Shown in pieces: positions 1 through 9,691 of a stretch of 64,000 bases of DNA. The translations under genes and the position numbers were made by a program. The stretch is from a virus. Lineage: Duplodnaviria; Heunggongvirae; Uroviricota; Caudoviricetes. Within the stretch, counting starts at the first letter, position 1. Every line of letters starts with the position of its first letter. Where the stretch lies: the IMG/VR virus record IMGVR_UViG_2875713109_000001. One strand, given 5' to 3'. Under the pieces are notes generated by a model, which had not been told where the DNA came from, did no database searches, and saw nothing but the letters and a program-made list of their open reading frames with translations.

Positions 1-272
1 TATACGAGAAACGTCCCCTAAATTAAGCCGTTTTATTGCGTCAACAATAGGGTCCACTGATGGCGCATTGGTCACAAAGTCAGGACGTGAATTTTCGATT
101 GTGCGATTTAATGCCGACACACTGCGAGAGACAGGATCAACAGTTGCAACTCGTTCCCCTTTCAAATCTTCAACAGCTTCCCGAATACCTGCAAGCTCTT
201 CCAGCTCTTTCGCGCTGGCGGTTTCAACTGTCCTTATAACATCGTCAATATTGGCGTTTTTTCTTTCCATGA
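1..272 (-). CDS. hypothetical protein, N-terminal part (gene runs past window start)
   Basis: Minus-strand ATG at 272 with GGTAGG-like SD upstream; reading frame open to the window edge, so absent from the complete-ORF track; co-oriented with neighbouring minus-strand genes. Confidence 0.3.
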
Positions 273-351
273 TCTTATCGCCTACCGTTTCGGTTTAAGT
301 TTTTCTTCCAGTTTCTCCAACAGGAAAAACGCATAGGATTCAGTAAGCCTT

Positions 352-1233
352 TCAGCGTCCTGAATCGGTATACCCCCATACAAAACCAGGTTGGACACTA
401 AGGTCTGATAGCTTTTCAATCCCCACCTGTGGAATGAAGTCGGTAGCCCGAAAGGGCACCCACAGACGGGTATATGCACCCTCTGTGGACTCCTTTTTAT
501 CCTGATTTGGGCATTTATGCGGCGGGAGACGAAGACGCATTTCACCTTTATCGATGTAGCACGGTAAACCATGTTCGAGCTTTTCATGAGCCAGTCGGAT
601 GTGTGCCGCCAGCTTCATAAATTCAGTATCAATGGCCATCCGTTTAATCGTTTCATAACGACGCTCAGCCTGATCTTCACGAGTACCGCTAACATCGTTA
701 TAAAGCTCACACTGATAAGCGAATTCCCAAAAACGCAAATCAACGATCGCTTCTTTGAATTCCGCGTCGTCTTCAGGTGGCAATGCTGCACGGCGCATCT
801 CCAGCATTTCCATTGCCCAACCATCAAGCGGCACGATACGCCATTGATAAGGTACTCCCTCTACAGACACCTCAATATCGTCAATGAAAGGTTCCACTTC
901 CAGGACCTGGATATCTTCAGCCAGAGCATTCATATCGCAATCGTAATAATGCTCTTTACCGCAATGTTTACAGGTGTAGGTGAATGTCTCGACCGGTGTT
1001 TCACGGGAGCCGGTAAATATCCACCATAACGCGGTAATCCGGTCCTGCGCCGTCCATGTCAGGGGATCATGTTTCGCGGGTTCAGCCAGCAAGGCTTTTA
1101 AATACGCCGTTGTCTGTTGTTCTTGTTCCTCCGGTGTTATCGAGTTGAAACGCATCGCATCAGCAATATTTGGCTGACGGAACTGGATCAATTCAGTTGG
1201 CCGCGATGGTAGCGGGAAAAGGGGTAAAAGCAT
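352..1233 (-). CDS. hypothetical protein (293 aa), probable morphogenesis block
   Basis: Long ORF in tight co-oriented minus-strand array; no recognisable catalytic motif. Confidence 0.45.
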   Translation of the reverse strand: MLLPLFPLPSRPTELIQFRQPNIADAMRFNSITPEEQEQQTTAYLKALLAEPAKHDPLTWTAQDRITALWWIFTGSRETPVETFTYTCKHCGKEHYYDCDMNALAEDIQVLEVEPFIDDIEVSVEGVPYQWRIVPLDGWAMEMLEMRRAALPPEDDAEFKEAIVDLRFWEFAYQCELYNDVSGTREDQAERRYETIKRMAIDTEFMKLAAHIRLAHEKLEHGLPCYIDKGEMRLRLPPHKCPNQDKKESTEGAYTRLWVPFRATDFIPQVGIEKLSDLSVQPGFVWGYTDSGR

Positions 1234-1247
1234 CCTTGCTCCTTAAT

Positions 1248-1859
1248 TCAAAGAGAAAAACTAAAGCCCAGAAGGGAAGCCAAAGAACTTGAGGATTGGT
1301 TAAACGTGCTGTGCAATGCGAAGGTCATTGGGAATGACTTAAATTCCGTAACCTGATCCCGCGCATAGGTGACATCGCCGGTAGTGACCGGGAATACCGT
1401 CATCTCATTTTCCAGTTTGGTTAAGCCGGAAGACAGCAACCGATAAATACGCACATTGAGCAAATATTTAGACGGTATATTCCCGGTACCGTCCGGATTG
1501 ATCACCCGACTTTTTGCCGTCTTAAACCAGTCTAAAACGAGGCCATCAACGGTATCCCTGACCATCATTGTTATCTGCCCAGGCGAACGCTCCGTTGGTT
1601 GAAGGATATTCCCTCCGCCGATTTTAATCGTTTCATATTCGATGCTGTAATCGTGGTAGGTAATGTCTTTGGCAAAGAAGTCTGCCCCCTCCAGTCCATC
1701 AACTTCGACAGAGAACTGCCATCCTTGCGCGAACAGCATTTTGTTCATGATGATTGACGTCAGCTTACCAACTTCCCGCTCACCAACGCCGGAGCCAAAT
1801 AATGTCGTCGTTAATGCCGAAGATACATAAGACTTTACTGAAGCAACATTAAGCCCCAT
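1248..1859 (-). CDS. hypothetical protein (203 aa)
   Basis: ORF packed 10-15 bp from neighbours in same orientation. Confidence 0.45.
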   Translation of the reverse strand: MGLNVASVKSYVSSALTTTLFGSGVGEREVGKLTSIIMNKMLFAQGWQFSVEVDGLEGADFFAKDITYHDYSIEYETIKIGGGNILQPTERSPGQITMMVRDTVDGLVLDWFKTAKSRVINPDGTGNIPSKYLLNVRIYRLLSSGLTKLENEMTVFPVTTGDVTYARDQVTEFKSFPMTFALHSTFNQSSSSLASLLGFSFSL

Positions 1860-1869
1860 ATCAGCCCCC

Positions 1870-2460
<591 letters not shown>

Positions 2461-2516
2461 TTAACAGATTCTACGAGTTGTCATTTGTGACAGTATGCTC
2501 GCAATCGTAGTGATTA

Positions 2517-3056
2517 CTACCACCAACTGCTAGCTTTCTTCTCTCTAGCTTTTCCTTCGCTTTGCAGTAAATCTTTACTTCCTGTAGAAATATTTCTATT
2601 TGCATCAGCCTCAGACTGAATTACATCTGTCTTAGCTGCTCTCTCCTTCAACTCCTGCTCTATAAAATCGTTTTCTCGCTGGACACGAGCCGCTTTTGCT
2701 TGCAGTTCGAGTTTCATGCTTTCGAGTTGCAGCTTGCGAAGCTCATCCTCATAAGCTTGATCTCGCTTCTTGTCATTTGCTAGCTCGGCTTCTCGTTTCG
2801 CTCTACGTTCATTTTCTGCAGCAACACGCTGTTTTTCGCGTGCAGCAGCGGCAGATGCTGCTTTTTCTCTTCTAATACGTTCAGCTTGTGCTTGTTGGCG
2901 AATAAGTTCTTTTCTGGCATCCTCAGCTTGCTGCTCTTTAGCTCGCCCTTCATTTTCCGCTTGAGCAATAGCAGCAATTTGACTTTGCAACGAGTTAGCC
3001 AAGGCAGTGCCTACACTAAACGTAGAAAAGATTAGAAATAAAATAATTTTATTCAT
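2517..3056 (-). CDS. secreted coiled-coil protein (signal peptide, A/E/K/R/Q-rich repeats)
   Basis: N-terminal hydrophobic signal MNKIILFLIFSTFSVGTALA followed by low-complexity charged helical repeats; located next to immI where P1 carries superimmunity (sim) genes. Confidence 0.5.
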   Translation of the reverse strand: MNKIILFLIFSTFSVGTALANSLQSQIAAIAQAENEGRAKEQQAEDARKELIRQQAQAERIRREKAASAAAAREKQRVAAENERRAKREAELANDKKRDQAYEDELRKLQLESMKLELQAKAARVQRENDFIEQELKERAAKTDVIQSEADANRNISTGSKDLLQSEGKAREKKASSWW

Positions 3057-3059
3057 AAA

Positions 3060-3581
3060 TTATTTCTTTTCTGGACAAGTAGCATTTGGCTGAATTCGAG
3101 TTTCATTATCTTTAGTTGAAATAAGCACAGCAAGCCCCGTTGTAAACTGGCATGCTTTACCAACTTGAGTTGAAGTGAACACCTTAGTTCCTTCTTTATA
3201 AGTCAGTGAAACACCTTCAACAATTGTTTTATCACTAACCAAAGAACCAGCCGCTGCACCAAGAGCCGCACCACCAGTACCGCCAGCTACAGCACCCAGT
3301 GTCGATGTGCCTTTAACATTATAACCGGCAACGCCCCCAGCAACAGCTCCCAGTACCGCACCAAATGTCTGTGCCGCTTCTTTATTAGCTTTATTATCAA
3401 CTTTCACTTTAGCTGGAAGCACAGAGATAATATTGACTGTCTTTGTTTCCTGCTTCGAATTCAATTGAGCGGTATCATAAACATCGGCAGCATAATCAGC
3501 ACCGCTAGATTGACACCCAGAAAGAAGAATTGCAGATACAACAAGAGCGCATAAAGTATACTTTTTAGACATAAGAATCAT
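3060..3581 (-). CDS. lipoprotein with glycine-zipper segment
   Basis: Lipobox LLSGC after hydrophobic N-terminus (alternative ATG at 3572); G/A-rich GxxxG repeats (GAVLGAVAGGVAG...). Confidence 0.55.
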   Translation of the reverse strand: MILMSKKYTLCALVVSAILLSGCQSSGADYAADVYDTAQLNSKQETKTVNIISVLPAKVKVDNKANKEAAQTFGAVLGAVAGGVAGYNVKGTSTLGAVAGGTGGAALGAAAGSLVSDKTIVEGVSLTYKEGTKVFTSTQVGKACQFTTGLAVLISTKDNETRIQPNATCPEKK

Positions 3582-3862
3582 CCCAGAAAAACAAAAACCG
3601 GCGAGAAGTTACCACGAGAACGGAAAGTAAACAAGAATACTCCCATTGACTTATATCAAATAATCAACTTTTTATAAGCTATCCCTAACTTATTGTGTAT
3701 AGCTGAAAAGTCAGAGATAAGTTCACCATCTGCATTATTTCTTAAGTTAATAGTTTATTGCTAACTTAATTTATGTATCGACTATTGATATCCATCTTAA
3801 AGTAACAATATCCCTCTGCATTATTTTTCATCACAAATAATACATCTATTGCACTACGCTCA

Positions 3863-3879
3863 CCTGCTCTAATAAATTT
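3863..3879 (+). promoter_or_regulatory. C1 repressor operator-like site upstream of immI
   Basis: cctgctctaataaattt, 15/17 match to ATTGCTCTAATAAATTT motif that recurs at more than 15 places in the window. Confidence 0.6.
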
Positions 3880-4066
3880 GTATTTTTAAGTCGCGAATGC
3901 TATCTTTTCGCATCATATTGACCTTTTAATCGTTCAGGCTTATAGTTTCGCCGTCGTAGCAAATTCTGCGACCAGGTTTGACAGCCTGAATGATTGTGCG
4001 GACAACCGCAGATTTCCGATATTGCGGTATTTTTGTGTCCGTTAAACCGCGTTACGCCCAAATTAT

Positions 4067-4143
4067 GGTGGGGCGTGATGGGGAGGCTTCGGCCTGCTGG
4101 TTTCACAATCGCCAGTCTGTCAACCCTGTCACGTCCTGCCACC
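4067..4143 (+). ncRNA. c4: c4-like antisense regulatory RNA (about 77 nt)
   Basis: Structured segment closed by ggtgg/ccacc with UUCG hairpin; internal cacaatc and caacc are complementary to gattgtg and ggttg found both upstream (3972-3999) and at the icd RBS (4146-4183), the a/b target layout expected for c4. Confidence 0.45.
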
Positions 4144-4193
4144 TGTTTGACAGCGGGTAGCAGGTTGTTAAACCTGATTGTGAGGCCGTAACT

Positions 4194-4415
4194 ATGGTTA
4201 ATGCCAATCCTTGCGCACGCCCAGAATTCATCTGGCGTTTCTATTCCTGTAAAAAACACCACTATCACTTCGTTATCGCAGCAACTGAAGACGAAGCACG
4301 CTCTCAATTGCCTGATGGCCCCTGCATTTTTACTGCCCGTTTTTCAACTAACTCGCGCAATTCACTTAGTTACTGGAGCCTCCCCTTCTCTGCCGACGTT
4401 CAGGGGGGTTTATGA
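4194..4415 (+). CDS. icd: Icd-like small protein (73 aa)
   Basis: 73-aa ORF directly upstream of and overlapping (ATGA) the antirepressor gene; paralog at 50988-51209. Confidence 0.65.
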   Translation: MVNANPCARPEFIWRFYSCKKHHYHFVIAATEDEARSQLPDGPCIFTARFSTNSRNSLSYWSLPFSADVQGGL

Positions 4416-5446
4416 AAACACCTCTCGTCACCCGTAATGAAATAGCCGAAGCGATCGCCTTGCATACTGCCTGTATGCCGACACGGGAGATCCCCGGCGC
4501 AATTGCTAACTATTTCATGATAACCAGACGTTTTTATACCCGAACAGATAAGGCTGTGATCAACAGGCTACTGATAGCCGAGATCAGGGATTATTTGATT
4601 GAACAAGGACGTCTACGTTACGCAACAGTGGCAGCAGAAATGAGAAAGGAGGCACATAGAATGACCGGTAATAATTTAAATGTTGAAAAACCAGCACCTG
4701 TTGCTTCAGCTACGCCAGCACCAGCCCTGAATGTCATCCCCAACACCGGAGACACAATCGACAGCCAAACATTGTTGAAGATGGTCAATGAGGCACGGAA
4801 ATTATGTAGCGAAAAACCAGTTCGCAACAATGATTTCATTGCCAGAGTTAAGGATGAGCTTGAAGGAGAAACCTACGAAATTTTCGTAGGTCAAAAAAAC
4901 GGCGCAGAAATAGATATTATAACCATGACCTACAAACAAGCCCTGCGAGTTGCCGCGCGCGAGTCAAAAGCGGTCCGCCGTTCGCTGATCGACAAACTGG
5001 AAGAATTGCAGCAGGCAAACTCCCCTACCCCATCGATCCCCCAAACATTACCAGAAGCTCTACGCCTGGCTGCCGAGTTGGCAGAACAGAAAATGCAGTT
5101 GGAACAACAGCTGGTGGCCGCAGCCCCTAAAGTCGATTTTGCCGACCGGGTATCAGTGGCCAATGGAATCCTGATCGGGAACTTTGCAAAGGTCGTTGGA
5201 CTTAAGCAAAACGCCCTTTTCTCATGGTTGCGCCAGAACGGCATTCTCATGGCTTTTGGTGCGCGCAAAAACGTACCGCGCCAACAGTACATCAACGCCG
5301 GGTATTTCACAGTGAAAGAAGTGGTGCTGGATGATGAAAATGGCTACCAGATACGGCTGACGCCCCAATTAACGGGTAAAGGCCAGCAGTGGTTAACTCG
5401 CAAGCTACTTGATGCTGGTTTGTTAAAACCAGTAGCAATAGGTTAA
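4412..5446 (+). CDS. ant: antirepressor Ant (Rha-like middle region, KilA-C-type C-terminal domain)
   Basis: 344 aa; C-terminal about 130 aa shared with KilA (5611-6411) and with the 371-aa paralog at 51206-52321; immI position after c4-like RNA and icd. Confidence 0.75.
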   Translation: MKTPLVTRNEIAEAIALHTACMPTREIPGAIANYFMITRRFYTRTDKAVINRLLIAEIRDYLIEQGRLRYATVAAEMRKEAHRMTGNNLNVEKPAPVASATPAPALNVIPNTGDTIDSQTLLKMVNEARKLCSEKPVRNNDFIARVKDELEGETYEIFVGQKNGAEIDIITMTYKQALRVAARESKAVRRSLIDKLEELQQANSPTPSIPQTLPEALRLAAELAEQKMQLEQQLVAAAPKVDFADRVSVANGILIGNFAKVVGLKQNALFSWLRQNGILMAFGARKNVPRQQYINAGYFTVKEVVLDDENGYQIRLTPQLTGKGQQWLTRKLLDAGLLKPVAIG

Positions 5447-5458
5447 CAAAAGAAAAAA

Positions 5459-5484
5459 ACCTGCCAGCAAACTGGCAGGTTTCT
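5459..5484 (+). terminator. intrinsic terminator-like hairpin after ant
   Basis: acctgccag-caaa-ctggcaggt stem-loop followed by TTCT, preceded by A-run. Confidence 0.45.
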
Positions 5485-5524
5485 GAGCAGATCGTCCAAC
5501 CCGATCTGGATCGAGTCAGAAAAA

Positions 5525-5541
5525 TTTGCTCTAATAAATTT
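5525..5541 (+). promoter_or_regulatory. C1 operator-like site upstream of kilA-repL
   Basis: tttgctctaataaattt, 16/17 match to operator motif, about 70 bp upstream of kilA ATG. Confidence 0.65.
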
Positions 5542-5610
5542 CGTTTTCTAAGTGCAAAGAATCACCATTTCGAGCTGGTGATTGAAGGTTGATGCAAATT
5601 TGGAGAAAAA

Positions 5611-6411
5611 ATGCAACAAACATTCAATGCGGATATGAATATATCAAACCTTCATCAAAATGTCGATCCTTCAACCACTCTGCCTGTTATTTGTGGTGTT
5701 GAAATTACGACCGACCGCGCTGGCCGTTACAACCTTAATGCTCTACACAGAGCGAGCGGACTCGGTGCCCATAAAGCGCCAGCTCAATGGCTAAGAACGC
5801 TGTCAGCCAAACAGCTCATTGAAGAGCTTGAAAAAGAAACTATGCAGAATTGCATAGTTTCGTTCGAAGGCCGTGGCGGCGGCACTTTTGCACATGAATT
5901 GCTCGCAGTGGAGTACGCAGGTTGGATTTCTCCCGCGTTTCGGCTGAAGGTAAACCAGACATTTATCGACTATCGAGCTGGAAGATTACAACCTGCTATT
6001 CCGCAGAGCCTCCCAGAAGCTCTCCGTTTGGCTGCTGACCTGGCAGAGCAAAAGCAACGGCTGGAGCAAAAAATGCTGATGGATGCACCTAAAGTCGAAT
6101 TCGCCGAACGCGTTGCTACCGCCAGCGGGGTTCTAATCGGCAACTATGCCAAAGTGCTCGGCCTGGGCCAAAACTATCTCTTCACCTGGTTGCGTGATAA
6201 CGGAATTCTGATCGCAACCGGTGAACGCAGGAACGTCCCCAAACAAGAATACATATCCCGTGGGTATTTCACCCTTAAAGAAACCGTGATCGATACAAGC
6301 AATGGAAGCAGGATTTCTTTCACGACTCGTATAACCGGCAAAGGTCAGCAGTGGCTGATGAAGCGATTGCTTGATGCTGGTGTGCTGGTACCTGTCGCGG
6401 CAACGCGCTAA
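5611..6411 (+). CDS. kilA: KilA (KilA-N domain plus KilA-C domain)
   Basis: 266 aa as in P1 KilA; N-terminal KilA-N-like region; C-terminal domain homologous to Ant C-terminus; GGAGAAAAA SD. Confidence 0.8.
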   Translation: MQQTFNADMNISNLHQNVDPSTTLPVICGVEITTDRAGRYNLNALHRASGLGAHKAPAQWLRTLSAKQLIEELEKETMQNCIVSFEGRGGGTFAHELLAVEYAGWISPAFRLKVNQTFIDYRAGRLQPAIPQSLPEALRLAADLAEQKQRLEQKMLMDAPKVEFAERVATASGVLIGNYAKVLGLGQNYLFTWLRDNGILIATGERRNVPKQEYISRGYFTLKETVIDTSNGSRISFTTRITGKGQQWLMKRLLDAGVLVPVAATR

Positions 6412-6440
6412 CAGACGTAGTAAGAACCACCAGCATTGTA

Positions 6441-7286
6441 ATGCTGGCTAAAGTCACTTTCCTGAGCTGTATAACGATGAGCGATTTTACTTTTTCTGGC
6501 TATGAATTGGCTTGCTTTGTAACACACTCCGGTCTATCCCGTAGCGCCGGGCATATCCTGTCGCAATGTGCAAATCTCGCGGCAACAACCAGTGAATACT
6601 TCATTCACAAGCCTCACCGCTTGATCGCGGCAGAAACTGGTTATAGCCAATCAACCGTCGTTCGTGCATTCCGTGAAGCTGTAAACAAAGGAATCCTGTC
6701 TGTAGAGATTGTTATCGGCGATCACCGTGAACGTCGCGCTAACCTGTACCGGTTTACACCATCCTTTTTGGCCTACGCACAACAAGCCAAAAATGCGCTG
6801 ATTGAAAGCAAATTAAAGATCTCTTCAGCCGCAACCAAGGTTAAAGCTGTTCTCGCTAAGACATTGGCTTTATTTAATTTTTTATCCACACCCCCATGTC
6901 AAAATGATACCCCCTCCCCCTGTCAGGATGACGTGGCAATAAAGAATAAGAAGTCACAAGTTAAAAAAACAAAAAGATCAGTTTCCGGCGGTGCCGGAAC
7001 GACCAGACTCAAAAAATTGACTTCATGGATCGCTGAGGCAAAAGCAAAGGCTGACAATCTGCGGTTATCCAAAAAACGCGCTCAAAAACATGAGTTCAAG
7101 CAGAAAGTAGAGGCGGCAGCGCGGAAATATGCTTACCTGAAGAACAAGCGTTCTCCTGATATTGACGGGGTATCAAACTTCGATAATTTGCCGCATTGCA
7201 TGACGGTAAACGAAGCTCTTAATGCGGTTTTAGCCAAAAATAAAGATAACGAACAATGGGGTATACCGGCAGGATTCAGAGGGTAA
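6441..7286 (+). CDS. repL: RepL lytic-replicon initiator (oriL expected inside the gene)
   Basis: 281 aa, size and position immediately after kilA match P1 RepL; basic K/R-rich middle region; alternative start at 6477. Confidence 0.7.
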   Translation: MLAKVTFLSCITMSDFTFSGYELACFVTHSGLSRSAGHILSQCANLAATTSEYFIHKPHRLIAAETGYSQSTVVRAFREAVNKGILSVEIVIGDHRERRANLYRFTPSFLAYAQQAKNALIESKLKISSAATKVKAVLAKTLALFNFLSTPPCQNDTPSPCQDDVAIKNKKSQVKKTKRSVSGGAGTTRLKKLTSWIAEAKAKADNLRLSKKRAQKHEFKQKVEAAARKYAYLKNKRSPDIDGVSNFDNLPHCMTVNEALNAVLAKNKDNEQWGIPAGFRG

Positions 7287-7328
7287 TGAATTGTTCTAAT
7301 TATAACCATGCATACTTTCAACGCCTCT

Positions 7329-7348
7329 AGTTTGCCATGAGGCAAACT
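7329..7348. other. perfect 8-bp-stem hairpin between repL and the AT-rich cassette
   Basis: agtttgcc-atga-ggcaaact. Confidence 0.4.
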
Positions 7349-7454
7349 CATAGGCGTCCTGGTAAGAGGGCACTGTTGCCAAAACTGGACGTCCCATTAT
7401 TGCAATTAATAAACAACTAACGGACAATTCTACCTAACAATAAGTGGAGTTAAC

Positions 7455-8159
7455 ATGTTGAACCGAAGAACATTTAATGTATTCTGCGATGAATCCTGTC
7501 ACCTACTAAATGATCATAATAAAGTCATGGTATTGGGTGCGCTTTGGTGCCCTGGCACTATCACAAAAAAAATTGCTAGAGACATCAAGGAATTAAAATT
7601 AAAACACAATCTAAAACCTGATTTCGAAATCAAGTGGACTAAAGTATCTGCGTCCAAGGTTGAATTTTACTTAGATGTCGTAGATTACTTCTTCAGCAAC
7701 CCAGCATTGCGCTTTAGAGGTGTTGTTGTTCCTGATAAAGAGCAACTGGACCATGCTCGATTCCATCAAGATCATAATACTTTCTATTATAAGATGTTTT
7801 TTTATGTCTTAAAAAACATAATAGAAAGTAACAACACATACAATATCTACCTAGATATAAAAGATACTTTAGGTATTGAAAAAATTGAGAAATTAAGAGG
7901 AGTTCTTCACAATGATCGCTATGATTACAATCATGAGTCGATAAACAGAATTCAACATATACGATCTCATGAAGTGCAACAATTGCAGCTAACGGATCTT
8001 TTCATTGGTGCGTTAGGCTACGTTCATCGAGGAATGAATAGCAACGCGGGAAAAATCCAAGTCATAAACAGGATAAAATCACATACAAACAGGGATTTAC
8101 TAAAAAGCACTCTTCCAACAGAAAGTAAATTTAATATTTTCGTGTGGGAGGCTCGCTGA
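7455..8159 (+). CDS. DUF3800-like protein (234 aa), AT-rich cargo gene
   Basis: ORF with GTGGAG SD; N-terminal FNVFCDESCH and C-terminal QLQLTDLFIGAL resemble the conserved ends of DUF3800 proteins (from memory, not searched); local GC far below flanks. Confidence 0.5.
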   Translation: MLNRRTFNVFCDESCHLLNDHNKVMVLGALWCPGTITKKIARDIKELKLKHNLKPDFEIKWTKVSASKVEFYLDVVDYFFSNPALRFRGVVVPDKEQLDHARFHQDHNTFYYKMFFYVLKNIIESNNTYNIYLDIKDTLGIEKIEKLRGVLHNDRYDYNHESINRIQHIRSHEVQQLQLTDLFIGALGYVHRGMNSNAGKIQVINRIKSHTNRDLLKSTLPTESKFNIFVWEAR

Positions 8160-8623
8160 TGCTTCAAATGCCAGATTTATTGTACTTCAATGGAAGTTGG
8201 CAAGAGTATATAGACGATGTATATTATGTTGTCAGAGAAGACATTTTAATCTCTAATATAACGTTTAAGGGTCTCCCTGTTCGGTTACGTTATTCACCGG
8301 AATATGATGGGAAAGAGTTCGGATTTTGGCATTTAGTATCAGAGGGAAAAATAGAAGAAGAACGAATACCTGATCTTGAACGGTGTAAGCGGATCCGCTG
8401 GATCGCGCATATGATAAGGAATTATAACCATTCCGATATATCATGTTGGTCTGAAAGACGAGGACCAACTGAAGAATGGGTAATCTGGAACGAGTGTGAA
8501 AACTACGTTGTTGTGCTATCCGCACGTAGAGACTATTGGCTTCTTAAAACAGCCTATGTTGTAACCTATAACAGTAAAATCAGAACACTCAAACAAAGCA
8601 GAAAAAGAGCGCTTGGGACATAA
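8159..8623 (+). CDS. hypothetical protein (154 aa) translationally coupled to DUF3800-like gene
   Basis: ATG overlaps upstream stop (TGATG) with GGGAGG SD; YD...(13)...LVSEGK spacing is compatible with a PD-(D/E)xK nuclease core (speculative). Confidence 0.45.
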   Translation: MLQMPDLLYFNGSWQEYIDDVYYVVREDILISNITFKGLPVRLRYSPEYDGKEFGFWHLVSEGKIEEERIPDLERCKRIRWIAHMIRNYNHSDISCWSERRGPTEEWVIWNECENYVVVLSARRDYWLLKTAYVVTYNSKIRTLKQSRKRALGT

Positions 8624-8630
8624 AAAAGCT

Positions 8631-8662
8631 GAACCCGACACATATTGCTATGTATCGGGTTC
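8631..8662. terminator. hairpin between convergent gene B and minus-strand ORF
   Basis: gaacccga...tcgggttc inverted repeat just after gene B stop, A-run upstream. Confidence 0.4.
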
Positions 8663-8789
8663 GATCGCTCTTTCTACACATGGTAGATGAGTAAGGCAAA
8701 TCTAACCGATCTACTTTAGCTTTTCAATAGCTAGCTATAACTTTCCGCACATATTCTTCTGATAATTCCAGTATGGCTGTTGGGTTTTC

Positions 8790-9086
8790 TTATGCTTTTC
8801 TGCGCAGAGGTGCACATTTATTCAGCAACAATAAATGTAATTCTTTGTTATTCCTAAGTATTTCGACACACCAATATCGTAACGTGTTCACTTCAAGTGT
8901 AGCCAGCACCTTATGTCGAAGTCCTCCCTCCCCTGCACATAACGATGACTGACATTCTGCTAAGGCACATAACCATGTATTGGCATCATAGAGAATCCAA
9001 TAATGCTCCTCTGAAATAGTTTTGCATCCAATTATTTCGAATCTTCGTTCTATCGTTTCAGGAGAGTATGAAAAATCAATTTCCAT
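8790..9086 (-). CDS. hypothetical Cys-rich small protein (98 aa)
   Basis: ORF only; weak RBS; sits between a minus-strand terminator and the cassette. Confidence 0.25.
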   Translation of the reverse strand: MEIDFSYSPETIERRFEIIGCKTISEEHYWILYDANTWLCALAECQSSLCAGEGGLRHKVLATLEVNTLRYWCVEILRNNKELHLLLLNKCAPLRRKA

Positions 9087-9126
9087 AATATGCTCAAAAT
9101 TTCGCTATACCAGCATAATTTAAGCA

Positions 9127-9152
9127 CAAAAAAAGCTCCCGCAGGAGCTTTA
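9127..9152 (-). terminator. intrinsic terminator of minus-strand structural operon
   Basis: agctcc-cgca-ggagct hairpin followed by T-run on minus strand, just downstream of ORF ending at 9171. Confidence 0.5.
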
Positions 9153-9170
9153 AAATACAAGGGATGACTC

Positions 9171-9680
9171 TTAATCCCACTCAATCCAGTTGTAAACGAT
9201 ACGAAGTGACGGGCGCACAGCGGCAGTCACATCTTCGGTACTAAAGTCGATTGCATCACTGTAGATTTTGCAGTCCAACATTTCAATTGTTGTAGCAGCT
9301 TTTGTCACAGCGTTAACCCCGGAAGATTTGGATTCAGGGGTCGCAGCCATCGTGATATCAACATAGTCCTTCGCCGCAATGCGATCTTTAATGAACTGAA
9401 GAATATCGCCTTCGATAGTCTCCACGCACTGGACCTGGATTTCCCCGGAGTTACGGATTGGACCGTGCTGGTTGAACTTCACACCATTCGGACCATAGTC
9501 CTCCACATCCTCGCGGGTCATTTCAGGAATTTGCGACGTGCGAACCAGTACGCTGATATCTTCATGGCCTGCAAAAGTGAGCTGGAATTCAGAAGATACC
9601 AGTCGTTCGCCTTTGGCCGCGTTGGCAGTATAGCGGCCCTTAATAAATTTACGGTTTCCCTTAGTGTTATTGTGCCCCAT
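9171..9680 (-). CDS. virion structural protein (169 aa), tail-tube-sized
   Basis: Last gene of co-oriented structural array; size typical of myovirus tube proteins; no motif confirmation. Confidence 0.35.
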   Translation of the reverse strand: MGHNNTKGNRKFIKGRYTANAAKGERLVSSEFQLTFAGHEDISVLVRTSQIPEMTREDVEDYGPNGVKFNQHGPIRNSGEIQVQCVETIEGDILQFIKDRIAAKDYVDITMAATPESKSSGVNAVTKAATTIEMLDCKIYSDAIDFSTEDVTAAVRPSLRIVYNWIEWD

Positions 9681-9691
9681 ATAAAATCCTT

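Noticed and set aside
68-298. Plus-strand 76-aa ORF at the window start
   Set aside because: Low-complexity Ser-rich product, no RBS, and fully overlapped by a minus-strand frame with a proper start and SD
4618-5310. Minus-strand ORFs of 73 and 126 aa inside ant
   Set aside because: Antisense to a well-supported gene, no start context; products low complexity
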